Below, piece by piece: positions 8,248 through 17,322 of a stretch of 51,606 bases of DNA (position 1 is its first letter; every line of letters begins with the position of its first letter). The DNA is from Gemmatimonadota bacterium (GTDB taxonomy: Bacteria; Gemmatimonadota; Gemmatimonadetes; JACCXV01; JAHWKZ01): the NCBI GenBank assembly GCA_035633635.1, contig DASQEN010000290.1, positions 1 to 51,606 on the forward strand, in the 5' to 3' direction. The position numbers and the translations under genes were made by a program. The notes under the pieces were generated by a model that had not been told where the DNA came from, searched no databases, and saw only the letters and a program-made list of their open reading frames with translations.

Positions 8248-8628
8248 CCGGATCGCGCCGGTCTGGAAGTCGATCACCGTGCCGTGGGAGCCGGAGGTCG
8301 CGTTCCGGCGCTTCACGAACGGGATGGCCGAATGGTGGCCGCTGTCGACCCACAGCGTGAGCGAGAGCGCTGAGGCCACCTGCGCGTTGGAAGGCCGGGT
8401 CGGCGGTCGCGTGTTCGAGACCGCCCCCGGCGGGTGGCGTTCACCTGGCACCCCGGACGACCGGTCGACACACGTCAGGATGTCGAGATCATCTTCCACC
8501 CTCCCGGCAAGGCCACGCGGGTCGACCTGGTCCACTCCGGCTGGGAGCACCTCGGGAAGGAGGGCGCGGGGATGCGCGCCGGCTACGACACGGGCTGGGA
8601 CTTCGTGCTCAGCCTCTACTCCTTCTGA
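8228..8628 (+). pseudogene. SRPBCC / AHSA1-like protein disrupted by an internal deletion and frameshift
   Basis: ATG 8228 with GGAGGT SD. The N-terminal part reads ITVPWEPEVAFRRFTNGMAEWWPLSTHS...GGRVFETAPGG. The C-terminal part, in another frame from about 8434, reads VAFTWHPGRPVDTRQDVEIIFHPPGKATRVDLVHSGWEHLGKEGAGMRAGYDTGWDFVL. The expected DG.E..WG.V..WEPP.R segment between them is missing. Confidence 0.6.
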
Positions 8629-8631
8629 GGC

Positions 8632-9156
8632 TCAGCGCGGGATCGCGAGATCGGCCGTTCCGGCCTCGAGCTCGATCACCTCGGCCTCGACCGGCCGCAG
8701 GTAGACGGTGATCCGGTACGGACCGTCGGGTAGATCGGTGCCCAGAATCTCGTACGCCGACGCGCTTCCCGCCGGAAGCACCCGTTCCTCGCCCGGGGCG
8801 AACTCGACCGAAACGAGCGCCATCGTGCAGGCGATCCCCTGCGCCTGATCCCAGGCCGGAGCCCCGCCCTGCGGGCGGTACGCCCGCATCAGCGCCACGC
8901 AGCCGTCGGCGAACGTCACCGTGCGCAATTCGTCAGAGCGGTTCGTGACGATCGCCCGTCCCGCCAGCTGGACCGGGAACGATTCCATGACCAGGACCTC
9001 GGCGCGGTACTCGATCCCGTCCCGGACGACCGAGCCCGAGAGATCCCCGCCCGAATCCGGAGGCGTGGGCGAGGTCTGATCACCGCAGGTTGCGCCGACG
9101 AGGGCGGCAAACAGGGCGATCGGCAGCGTTGCGCGGAATCCGTAACGTTTCGTCAT
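8632..9156 (-). CDS. Lipoprotein, unknown function
   Basis: ATG 9156 with GGAGGG SD. Signal peptide plus lipobox-like ALVGATC. The 347-aa track ORF is an overextension. Confidence 0.6.
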   Translation of the reverse strand: MTKRYGFRATLPIALFAALVGATCGDQTSPTPPDSGGDLSGSVVRDGIEYRAEVLVMESFPVQLAGRAIVTNRSDELRTVTFADGCVALMRAYRPQGGAPAWDQAQGIACTMALVSVEFAPGEERVLPAGSASAYEILGTDLPDGPYRITVYLRPVEAEVIELEAGTADLAIPR

Positions 9157-9224
9157 GGGACCCTCCGCCGAAGAGTATATCACGAAAAGACCTGCGCCGG
9201 ACGAAGCGTTGCACCGACTCCGCA

Positions 9225-9262
9225 TTGACTTGCATCCCATTTGGGATATAATGGCATCCCAT
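9225..9262 (+). promoter_or_regulatory. Near-consensus sigma-70 promoter with operator repeats for vapBC
   Basis: TTGACT (9225-9230), a 16-nt spacer, TATAAT (9247-9252), and then the ATG 8 nt downstream. Inverted repeat ATCCCA-TT-TGGGAT (9234-9247) overlaps the -10. GCATCCCAT is directly repeated at 9232-9240 and 9254-9262. Confidence 0.65.
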
Positions 9263-9518
9263 GGAAAGACAGATCTCGCTCCGCCTTCCAGAGGCGATCC
9301 TGGATAGGCTCGACAGTCTCGCGGAAGAACTCGGGGTTCGCAGATCGGCACTCGTGCGCCGCGCGATTCTGGCCTACCTCGAGAGCGGAATCCTGGGGCC
9401 CGACGAAAGGCCCGTTGACCGCGTTCGGGACTTGATCGGCGCGGCTTACGGGGGTCCGTCCGATCTCGGCCGCCGTCATCGCGAGTACCTAAGGGACCTC
9501 CTGGTTGACCGGCGTTAG
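9261..9518 (+). CDS. vapB: Ribbon-helix-helix (CopG/MetJ-type) antitoxin VapB
   Basis: MERQISLRLPEAILDRLDSLAEELGVRRSALVRRAILAYLE is a classic RHH N-terminus. It overlaps the downstream PIN gene by 14 nt. Confidence 0.8.
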   Translation: MERQISLRLPEAILDRLDSLAEELGVRRSALVRRAILAYLESGILGPDERPVDRVRDLIGAAYGGPSDLGRRHREYLRDLLVDRR

Positions 9519-9933
9519 GCGCGCGCTCCTTGACACGGGCGCTATCGTTGCGCTGCTCCATCGGGAAGACGATGCGCATGACGCCGTGAAGGAATCGCTC
9601 GAGGCGTATCCGGGACATCTCCTGACGACCGAAGCGGTGGTGACCGAATCGATGCATCTGCTCGGCCGCACGCATGATGGCCAGGCAGCCTGCCTCGGAT
9701 TCTTCATTCGTGGAGCGGCTACCATCGTTCCGTCCTCGCGGCCTTCGCTGGTTCGTTGCCGAGAGATCATCGCGCAGTACGCCGACTTGCCCGCCGACTT
9801 TGCCGATGCCACGCTGATCGCCCTGTCTGAGGAGGCGCGCACCCTCACGATCTTCACGCTCGATCGGCGCGGCTTCACGACCTACCGCGATCGTGACGGA
9901 AACGGCTTCGAGATGTGGCCTCGGGAGGCCTGA
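9505..9933 (+). CDS. vapC: PIN-domain ribonuclease toxin VapC
   Basis: Acidic PIN residues are present: LLDTGAIVAL, ...TTEAVVTES..., DFADATLIAL, IFTLDRRGF. TTG start 9505. Confidence 0.8.
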   Translation: MTGVRRALLDTGAIVALLHREDDAHDAVKESLEAYPGHLLTTEAVVTESMHLLGRTHDGQAACLGFFIRGAATIVPSSRPSLVRCREIIAQYADLPADFADATLIALSEEARTLTIFTLDRRGFTTYRDRDGNGFEMWPREA

Positions 9934-9936
9934 CCT

Positions 9937-11331
9937 TCAGCGCGATCGACGCGGGCGGGGCGCCCGCTTCACGAACCGACCGCGGCCGACCGTGCCCGTG
10001 AACTCGCCGTCGAACGCGGCCAGCTCGCCCCGCACCCACACGCGGGTCGGCGCACCCACGGTCTCGAACCCCTCGTAGACGTTGTAGTCGCAGCGCGAGT
10101 GATGGGTCCGTGCCGAGATCGTGCCAGTCGCCGTGGGGTCCCAGAGCACCAGGTCGGCATCCGATCCGACTGCGATCGTTCCCTTCCGCGGATACAGCCC
10201 GAAGATCTTCGCGGGATTGGTCGCGCAGAGCTCGACCCAGCGGTTGGCGCTGATCCGCCCGGTAGCGACCCCGTGCGTGTGAAGCAGCGGCAGCCGCTCT
10301 TCAAGCCCCATGAAGCCGTTCGGGATCCGGCGGAAGTCGTCGCGACCCATCGCCTTCTGGCTCGCGAAGTCGAACGCGCAGTGATCGGTCCCCACGACCG
10401 AAATCGCGTCGGTCGCGAGCGCCCGCCAGAGCGCCTCTTGATCCGCCTTCTTCCGGAGCGGCGGCGAGAGCACGTACTTGGCGCCCTCGAAGTCGGGCAG
10501 GTCGTATGATGAGTCATCGAGGAGCAGGTACTGCGTGCACGTCTCTCCCCACACCGGCTCGCCGCGCGCGCGGGCGGCCGTGATCCGCTCGACCGCGTCG
10601 TCACACGTCACGTGGACGATGTACACCTGCTGGCCCGCGATCGCGCCCAGGTCGATCACTCGGCCCGTGGCCTCCGCCTCCGCGCGTGGCGGCTGGGCGA
10701 GGGCGTGGTAGCGAGTCCCCGTGTTCCCGGCCTCCCCGAACCGGTCGGCGAGCAGGAGCTGCACGTCGCCGTTCACCGCGTGGACGTTGACGAACCCGCC
10801 GGCGTCCCGCGTTGCCTCGAGGATGTGGAAGATCTGCTCGTCGTCGACTCCGAGGACGCCCTTATACGCCATGAAGATCTTGAACGACGTGATCCCGTGC
10901 TCGCGGACGACGAGCGGGATCTCGCGCGCGATCCGCTCGTCCCAGTCGGTGACCGCCATGTGAAACGTATAGTCGTGGGCGGCCCTCCCTTCGGCCTTCG
11001 CGTGCCACGCCGCCAGGGTCTCCAGCAGCGACTCCCCCTTGGCCGGGATCACGAAATCGATCATGCCGGTCGTCCCGCCCATGATCGCGGCGATCGAGCC
11101 ACTCTCGAAATCGTCGATCGAGACCGTCCCCATGAAGGGGAGGGCCATGTGGACGTGGGGATCGATGCCGCCCGGGATCAGCCACTGATCGGAGCCGTCG
11201 ACGATCTCGTCGCCAGACTCCGCCAGCAGGTCCTCGCCGATCGCCGCGATCCTCTCCCCTGCCACCCTGACATCGGCCACGTAGCGGTCCGACGCGGTGA
11301 CGATCTCCCCGCCGCGGATGATGGTGGCCAT
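9937..11331 (-). CDS. hydA: Dihydropyrimidinase / D-hydantoinase
   Basis: Cyclic amidohydrolase motifs GGIDPHVHM, ...SFKIFMAYKG..., VHAVNGD, GTDHCAF. 464 aa. Confidence 0.9.
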   Translation of the reverse strand: MATIIRGGEIVTASDRYVADVRVAGERIAAIGEDLLAESGDEIVDGSDQWLIPGGIDPHVHMALPFMGTVSIDDFESGSIAAIMGGTTGMIDFVIPAKGESLLETLAAWHAKAEGRAAHDYTFHMAVTDWDERIAREIPLVVREHGITSFKIFMAYKGVLGVDDEQIFHILEATRDAGGFVNVHAVNGDVQLLLADRFGEAGNTGTRYHALAQPPRAEAEATGRVIDLGAIAGQQVYIVHVTCDDAVERITAARARGEPVWGETCTQYLLLDDSSYDLPDFEGAKYVLSPPLRKKADQEALWRALATDAISVVGTDHCAFDFASQKAMGRDDFRRIPNGFMGLEERLPLLHTHGVATGRISANRWVELCATNPAKIFGLYPRKGTIAVGSDADLVLWDPTATGTISARTHHSRCDYNVYEGFETVGAPTRVWVRGELAAFDGEFTGTVGRGRFVKRAPRPRRSR

Positions 11332-11458
11332 GCGCCTATTTTAACACTTCCACGACGTGGTGGGGTCGGTCGCTTGTTGCAAAAAGGTCTCCATACCGGT
11401 TCCTTGTCAGGATTCGCCGCTGTGGCAGAGGATCCTCACTGGAAAGAGACCGACCCGA

Positions 11459-13177
11459 ATGCCCCGAACCTGGCGCCCTGGCGGATGCCTGATCGCCTTC
11501 GTCCTGGCCGGCTTTCTGGTCCTCGCCCGACTCGGCTCGCTCCCCCTCATCAATCCGGACGAGGGACGCAACGCTGCTGTCGCCCGCGAGGTGGCGGAGT
11601 CCGGGGCGTGGTTCGTGCCCACCTACAACGGTGTCCCCTACCTCGACAAGCCGATTCTCTACTTCAAGGTCGTGGCACTCTCCCTCCGATCCTTCGGGGA
11701 GTCCGAGGCCGCCGCGCGCCTCCCTTCCGCTCTCTTCGCGCTGGGCCTTCTTGTCATGCTCTACGTTTTCTGCAGGAAGGAATATGGAGAGCGGGCCGCC
11801 GCTCTGGCGATCGTCATCGTGGCCACGTGTCCGCTGTTCTTCGCCTTTTCACGAATCGTTATCTTCGACATGATGCTGGCGTTCTTCGTGTGCGGCGCCG
11901 TGCTCGCCGGCTATCGGGCCGAAGAGAGCGAAGAGCCGTCTCGACGACGCTATTACCTGGTCGGAGCCGCGGCGACGGGCTTCGCAACCCTGGTCAAGGG
12001 CCCGGTGGGTTTCGTGATCCCCGTGCTGGTTCTTTCCGCCTTCTTCATCGTCGACCGGCAACGAGGGGCGCTTCGCCGGCTCTTCGCGCCTCTCAACTTC
12101 CTCGTTTATTTCGCCGTCGTGCTGCCGTGGTTCATCGGCGTCGCTCTCGAGCGCCCGGATTTTCCCTACTACGGGATCGTGGAAGAAACGCTGAAGCGGT
12201 TTACCACACCCACCCATCACCGGACCGGTCCGGTGTACTATTACATCCCCGTGATGTTCGGGGCCTGTTTCGTCTGGAGCGTGCTTCTTCCCGAAGCATC
12301 CCTCGTGGCGTGGCGGACGCGCCTTCACTGGAGCCGTGCCGACCGACTGTTCGTCGTCTGGGCCGTGGTGGTGGTGGTCTTCTTCTCGATCTCGCAATCG
12401 AAGCTGCCGGGGTACGTGCTCACGGCGGTCGTGGCTATCGGCGTCCTCACGGCGCGGCTGTTCGCAAGTGCCCTTGAGAATCGTTCGGGAAGAGCCGCGG
12501 GAGCAGTCCGGCACGGTCTCGTCGCGCTGGCGATCGTCAATCTCGGCTGCGCTTTGCTGTTCGGCGCGGAGAGCATCCACCTGGGACCACTGCAGGATTG
12601 GCTGGGAGCGGCTGGACGAGAGTTCCAGGAACTCACGCCGCTCTTTCCCAGCCTCGCGCTCGCTTTCGGAATCGCGGCCCTCGCGGCGGTGGCGGCTGCG
12701 ATCCGACGAACGGTGCCTGCCGGGTTCGCGGCGTTCACGGTTTCCTCCGTGCTTCTCCTCGTCGTCGCCTTCGAGGGTATGCAGGAGTACGCCTCGTCAA
12801 ACTCTTCCAAGGCTTTGGCGCAGGCGGTCGAAACCAGCGCGGCCCGTTCCCCGGTGGCATTTCTGCGCAGCTATTCGAAGGGGACATCGTTCTATCTGGG
12901 GCACCCGGTGACGTTGATCACCGAGGACGGCAGGGAGCTGAGCAGCAACTACGCGCTGTTCATTCTGAGCCGTGATCGACCCTGGCCGAAGCCGCTTGTG
13001 CCAGCGGCGGAGCGTGACACCTGGCTGGCTTCGCGACGCGAAGGGCTGCTCCTCGTAGGTGATCGGAGAAGCCACGCGGCGCTCGACTCCATCGCGGCGC
13101 GCTACCGCCAGTCGCCGATCGAGCTCGCTCCTGGCTGGCGGGGTGTGAAGCTCGGGCCTCCCGTGGGGAGTCTCTGA
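11459..13177 (+). CDS. GT39/ArnT-like polyprenyl-phosphate-dependent glycosyltransferase
   Basis: INPDEGRNAAVAREVAESGAWFVPTYNGVPYLDKPILYF followed by 11 or more TM segments. The start is set at ATG 11459, but the track ORF opens at 11357. Confidence 0.75.
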   Translation: MPRTWRPGGCLIAFVLAGFLVLARLGSLPLINPDEGRNAAVAREVAESGAWFVPTYNGVPYLDKPILYFKVVALSLRSFGESEAAARLPSALFALGLLVMLYVFCRKEYGERAAALAIVIVATCPLFFAFSRIVIFDMMLAFFVCGAVLAGYRAEESEEPSRRRYYLVGAAATGFATLVKGPVGFVIPVLVLSAFFIVDRQRGALRRLFAPLNFLVYFAVVLPWFIGVALERPDFPYYGIVEETLKRFTTPTHHRTGPVYYYIPVMFGACFVWSVLLPEASLVAWRTRLHWSRADRLFVVWAVVVVVFFSISQSKLPGYVLTAVVAIGVLTARLFASALENRSGRAAGAVRHGLVALAIVNLGCALLFGAESIHLGPLQDWLGAAGREFQELTPLFPSLALAFGIAALAAVAAAIRRTVPAGFAAFTVSSVLLLVVAFEGMQEYASSNSSKALAQAVETSAARSPVAFLRSYSKGTSFYLGHPVTLITEDGRELSSNYALFILSRDRPWPKPLVPAAERDTWLASRREGLLLVGDRRSHAALDSIAARYRQSPIELAPGWRGVKLGPPVGSL

Positions 13178-13178
13178 G

Positions 13179-15071
13179 ATGTGCGGCGTTTGCGGAATCG
13201 TTCAATTCCAGCCTCCGTGGGAGCACCAGAGCTCGGAGGTCTTCGTTCGAGGCATGCTCGACGCCCTCGAGCACAGGGGCCCGGACGGAACGGGGTTCCT
13301 GGCGGACGACCGCGCAGCCCTGGGTGCCACCCGGCTGGCGATTCGGGGCCTGGCTGACGGGCATCAGCCGATCGTCGATCCCGAAACCGGAGTAATGGCG
13401 GTCTGCAACGGCGAAATCGACAACCATCGTGAGCTGCGCGCCTGGCTGGAGTCGCGTGGTCGCGACGTTGGAGCCGCCACCGACGTGGCGATCCTCCCCG
13501 CCCTGTATCGGGAGATCGGCGACGACTTCGTGCTGCGACTTCTGGGCGCCTTCGCCGTCGCGCTCTGGGATCCCCGAGAAAACCGTCTGCTTCTCGCCCG
13601 GGACCGCGCGGGCGAGCGACCACTGTTCTACGAGCAACGGGACGGGAACGTCACGTTCGCCACCGAGATCGGTGCCCTGGCCCTCGATCCAGAGCGGCGA
13701 CCCCGCCCCGACGAGGCGGCCCTCGCCGGGTATCTCCGATTCGGCCACTTCGCGGCCCCCGCCACGCCATTCCGGGGGATCTGCAAGATCGGCCCGGGAG
13801 AGATCGTGGCCTTCGACCACGAAGGGACGCATAAACGCCGGTACTGGCGCTGGCCGATCGTGGAAACCGTGAAGCGTCCTCCATCCGGGGACGCGTTCGA
13901 CCGGGTGTTCCGCGAGGCCGTCCAGCGACAGACAGATGCGGATGTGAGGTGTGGGGTGTTTCTCAGTGGAGGGCTCGACTCCTCGCTCGTAGCGGCCGTG
14001 GCGCTGGCGGTGCGCCCCGAAGAGCCGCTCCCGGCCTATACGGTCCGATTCGAGGAATCGTCGTACGACGAAGGAGACCAGGCCGCGCGCGTGGCGAAGC
14101 TCCTTGGGCTCGATCTGCGCGAAGTCTGGGTGCGGCCGGATCAGCTCCCCACGGAGATCGATGACCTGGTCAAGCTCTCCGGTGAGCCTTTGGGCGATCC
14201 TGCCTGGGTTCCCTCCACGCTCCTCGCGCGCCGTGCCGCGAGGGACGTCAAGCTCGCGCTCGTGGGCGAGGGCGGGGACGAAGTCTTCGGCGGCTATCCG
14301 ACCTACCTCGGCGCCAGCGTGGCCGACGCGTACGGGCGCCTGCCCCGTAGCGCGCGGAAGCACTTTGCAGCCGCGATCCGTCGCTGGCCCCCGAGCGACC
14401 GGAAGGTTGCTCTCTCTTTCCTTCTGCGCCGGTTCGTGGAGGGGGCAGAGATGGAGGGAGTAGTTCGCCACCGGTTGTGGACCTCTCAGATCCCACCGAC
14501 CCACCTCGCCCGGTTGGGTGTGCCATTTCGCGAGGAGGATCCCGTACTTCCCCAGGGCGCCGAGATGATGGACTTCCTCCAACGGATGGACCTCGAGACT
14601 TCACTCGCCGAAGGGTTGCTCACGAAGGCCGATCGCTCCTCGATGCGCTGGCCGCTCGAGCTCCGAGCACCATTCCTCGATCGATACGTGATGGAGTTCG
14701 CGTCGACCCTGCCCGTAGCGGAAAGAGTCCACGGTTTGCGCACGAAGGTATTTCTCAAGAAATATGCGAAACGCTACTTGCCGCGAGGTGTTGTGCACAG
14801 ACGCAAGCGGGGGCTCTCGGTACCCCTGGCGGCGTGGCTTCGCGGACCGCTCTACGATTGGAGCCGGGAGACTCTCGGGGAACGTGGTCTGGAAGAAATC
14901 GGCGTCAGGACGGCTGCGTGCCTCGAACTCCTGGAGGAGCACCGTCGGATGAAGGCCGATCACGGCCGACCGTTGTGGAATCTGCTCGTCCTCGCACGAT
15001 GGCTGGCCTGGGTGAATCGGACATCGAACCCCGCGACGGGAGCTCGGACGGGCATCAGCCGGGCGAGCTAG
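13179..15071 (+). CDS. Asparagine synthase (glutamine-hydrolysing) family protein, AsnB-like
   Basis: MCGVCGIV gives the N-terminal Cys2 Ntn amidotransferase. The synthetase domain shows SGGLDSS. The ATG is 1 nt after the GT39 stop. Confidence 0.85.
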   Translation: MCGVCGIVQFQPPWEHQSSEVFVRGMLDALEHRGPDGTGFLADDRAALGATRLAIRGLADGHQPIVDPETGVMAVCNGEIDNHRELRAWLESRGRDVGAATDVAILPALYREIGDDFVLRLLGAFAVALWDPRENRLLLARDRAGERPLFYEQRDGNVTFATEIGALALDPERRPRPDEAALAGYLRFGHFAAPATPFRGICKIGPGEIVAFDHEGTHKRRYWRWPIVETVKRPPSGDAFDRVFREAVQRQTDADVRCGVFLSGGLDSSLVAAVALAVRPEEPLPAYTVRFEESSYDEGDQAARVAKLLGLDLREVWVRPDQLPTEIDDLVKLSGEPLGDPAWVPSTLLARRAARDVKLALVGEGGDEVFGGYPTYLGASVADAYGRLPRSARKHFAAAIRRWPPSDRKVALSFLLRRFVEGAEMEGVVRHRLWTSQIPPTHLARLGVPFREEDPVLPQGAEMMDFLQRMDLETSLAEGLLTKADRSSMRWPLELRAPFLDRYVMEFASTLPVAERVHGLRTKVFLKKYAKRYLPRGVVHRRKRGLSVPLAAWLRGPLYDWSRETLGERGLEEIGVRTAACLELLEEHRRMKADHGRPLWNLLVLARWLAWVNRTSNPATGARTGISRAS

Positions 15072-15460
15072 CTCGTCGGGTCGGGCGAACGCTCCCTCAG
15101 GATCTCGATCGTGTCTGGCGCGTTGGGCACGACGCAGAGGAACTCGAAAGGCTCGCCGTCGCCCGCTTCGTACCAGTGGGGCGTTCCCGCGGGGATGAAG
15201 ACCACGTCTCCAGCTCGTACCTCGTGCACCTCTTCGCCGATCCCAATCCGCGCGCGGCCGCGCAGCACGTACTGCTCGTGCTCGACCGTGTTCGTGTGCG
15301 GCGGCATGCCGCCGCCGGGCTCCATGATGAACCGCCTGAGCGCGAAGTTCGGCCCCTCGTCCGGGCCGATCAGGACCTGGCGGACGGTGCCCTTTCCAGC
15401 GCCGACGGGGTCGCGTTTCACGTCGTCCGCGTGCCTGACCGCTGGATGTCTATCGTGCAT
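15068..15460 (-). CDS. Cupin domain protein
   Basis: ATG 15460 with GGAGAA SD. Cupin motifs GGGMPPHTNTVEHEQYVLRG and GDVVFIPAGTPHWY. It is the last gene of the pyrimidine operon. Confidence 0.8.
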   Translation of the reverse strand: MHDRHPAVRHADDVKRDPVGAGKGTVRQVLIGPDEGPNFALRRFIMEPGGGMPPHTNTVEHEQYVLRGRARIGIGEEVHEVRAGDVVFIPAGTPHWYEAGDGEPFEFLCVVPNAPDTIEILRERSPDPTS

Positions 15461-15474
15461 GGAGTTCTCCAGGA

Positions 15475-16953
15475 TCAGTAAAAAAAACCTTCGCGCTTCT
15501 TCCCGGTGTAGTCGATGTAGACGGTCTTCCACTCGCTGTAGAAGTCGATCGCCGTCTTCCCCATCTCGCGCATTCCCACGCCGGTCGCCTTCGTGCCGCC
15601 GAACGGCAGCTGTGCCTCGCCGCCCATCGTCGGCGAGTTGACGTGGGTGATACCGGTCTCGATGCCGCGCACGAAGCGGAACATGCGGCTCGCGTCCTGG
15701 GTGTAGATCGACGACGTGAGCCCGTACCGCGTGTCGTTGCACACCTCGAGCCCCTCGTCGAAGTCCTGGACCCGGATCACCGACAGTACGGGACCGAAGA
15801 TCTCCTCCTGCGCGATTCGCGACTTCCGATCCACGCGATCGAACACGGTCGGGGCTACGAAGAACCCTTTGCGGTGGGCCTCGCCGGTCAGCGGCTCGCC
15901 GCCCGTGACGAGCTCGGCCCCGTCCTCGCGGCCGGCGCCGATGAACTCCAGCACGGTGTCGAACTGCGACTCGTCCACCGAGGGTCCCATGTCGACCGAC
16001 TCCTCGAGGCCGTCGCCCACGACGAGCTCCCGCGCACGCTCCGCGAGGCGCTCGACGAACTCGTCTGCGATCGCATCCACCAGGACCGCCCGCGATGTCG
16101 CGGTGCATCGCTGGCCGGTCGAGCCGAATGCTCCCTGCGCGGTCGCTTCGACCGCCATCGCGAGATCGGCGTCTTCCAGCACGAGGATCGGGTTCTTCCC
16201 GCCCATCTCGCACTGGACCTTCTTCCCCTGCTCCGCCGCCCGGCTGTAGAGCGCTACGCCGACGTCGTTGGAGCCGGTGAACGAGAGCGCGCGGACGCGT
16301 GGATCCTCGACGATCGCGGCGCCCACTTCGCTCCCCGCCCCGAAGACCAGATTCAAGACCCCCGCCGGCAACCCCGCCTCGGCGAACATCGACACCACCA
16401 TCTCGGCGGTCTCGGGAGTCAGCGAGGCCGGCTTGAAGACGACCGTGTTCCCCGCCACCAGCGCCGGCGCAATCTTCCAGCACGGGATCGCAACCGGGAA
16501 GTTCCATGGGGTGATCGCGCCCACGACTCCGATCGCCTCGCGCACCGTGTAGGCGAACGTCTGGCCGATCTCAGACGGCATCGTGTCGCCCGAGAGCCGG
16601 AGCCCCTCACCAGCGACGAACTCGAGGACGTTGAGTGTTTTCTGCACCTCGCCTCGCGCCTCGCGAAGGATCTTCCCCTCCTCGCGGGTCAGCGCGCGGG
16701 AGAGCTCCTCGGCGCGCTCGCTCATCAGCCGATGCACGCGGGCGATCACGCGTCCGCGCTCGGGGGCCGGGGTGTCGCGCCAAGCCGGGAGCGCCGCCTC
16801 GGCGGCGGCGATCGCCTCTTCCGCTTCCGCGCGCGAAGAAAGCGGCAGCTCGCCCAGCACGTCGTCGGTGTTCGCGGGGTTGACGTTGGGCGCGCGGCGC
16901 CCGCTGGCGGAATCCCGCCACGCCCCGTCCACGTAGTTGCGGTAGCGCTTCAA
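15475..16953 (-). CDS. NAD(P)+-dependent aldehyde dehydrogenase (candidate malonate/methylmalonate-semialdehyde dehydrogenase)
   Basis: ALDH motifs FTGSNDVG, catalytic EMGGKNP and GQRCTA. TTG 16953 overlaps the upstream stop (TTGA), giving 492 aa. The track ORF extends to 17067. Confidence 0.85.
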   Translation of the reverse strand: MKRYRNYVDGAWRDSASGRRAPNVNPANTDDVLGELPLSSRAEAEEAIAAAEAALPAWRDTPAPERGRVIARVHRLMSERAEELSRALTREEGKILREARGEVQKTLNVLEFVAGEGLRLSGDTMPSEIGQTFAYTVREAIGVVGAITPWNFPVAIPCWKIAPALVAGNTVVFKPASLTPETAEMVVSMFAEAGLPAGVLNLVFGAGSEVGAAIVEDPRVRALSFTGSNDVGVALYSRAAEQGKKVQCEMGGKNPILVLEDADLAMAVEATAQGAFGSTGQRCTATSRAVLVDAIADEFVERLAERARELVVGDGLEESVDMGPSVDESQFDTVLEFIGAGREDGAELVTGGEPLTGEAHRKGFFVAPTVFDRVDRKSRIAQEEIFGPVLSVIRVQDFDEGLEVCNDTRYGLTSSIYTQDASRMFRFVRGIETGITHVNSPTMGGEAQLPFGGTKATGVGMREMGKTAIDFYSEWKTVYIDYTGKKREGFFY

Positions 16954-17315
16954 CGCCGCTCCCCGGCGGGCGCGACCATCGCCGCCGCGCGAAACCGGCG
17001 CGAAACGTAGAGCAGCGCAACGACGAGAAACGAGCTGAGCCAGACGGCGGTCGCGAAGTCGCGCCACTGGAGGGTCAGCATGACGCCAAGCCCGAATCCC
17101 TGGAGCACGGCGGCGATCATCACGATCAGCGACATCGCGCGCGGCTCCCAGCGCACGACCACTGCCCCGATCAGCAGCACGGCCACGATCGCCATCAGCA
17201 TGTAGGCCACGACGCGGTCGGCCACGACCACGGTCTTCAGGGCGTCGAAAACGAGGAAGAAGTACAGGGCGACGAGGGCGAACATCGTCAGCCTGGCCTC
17301 CTGGTCGGGACTCAT
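16950..17315 (-). CDS. Small integral membrane protein (about 4 TM), unknown function
   Basis: Hydrophobic 121-aa ORF embedded in the operon between the aminotransferase and the ALDH. Confidence 0.55.
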   Translation of the reverse strand: MSPDQEARLTMFALVALYFFLVFDALKTVVVADRVVAYMLMAIVAVLLIGAVVVRWEPRAMSLIVMIAAVLQGFGLGVMLTLQWRDFATAVWLSSFLVVALLYVSRRFRAAAMVAPAGERR

Positions 17316-17322
17316 GCGTGCG

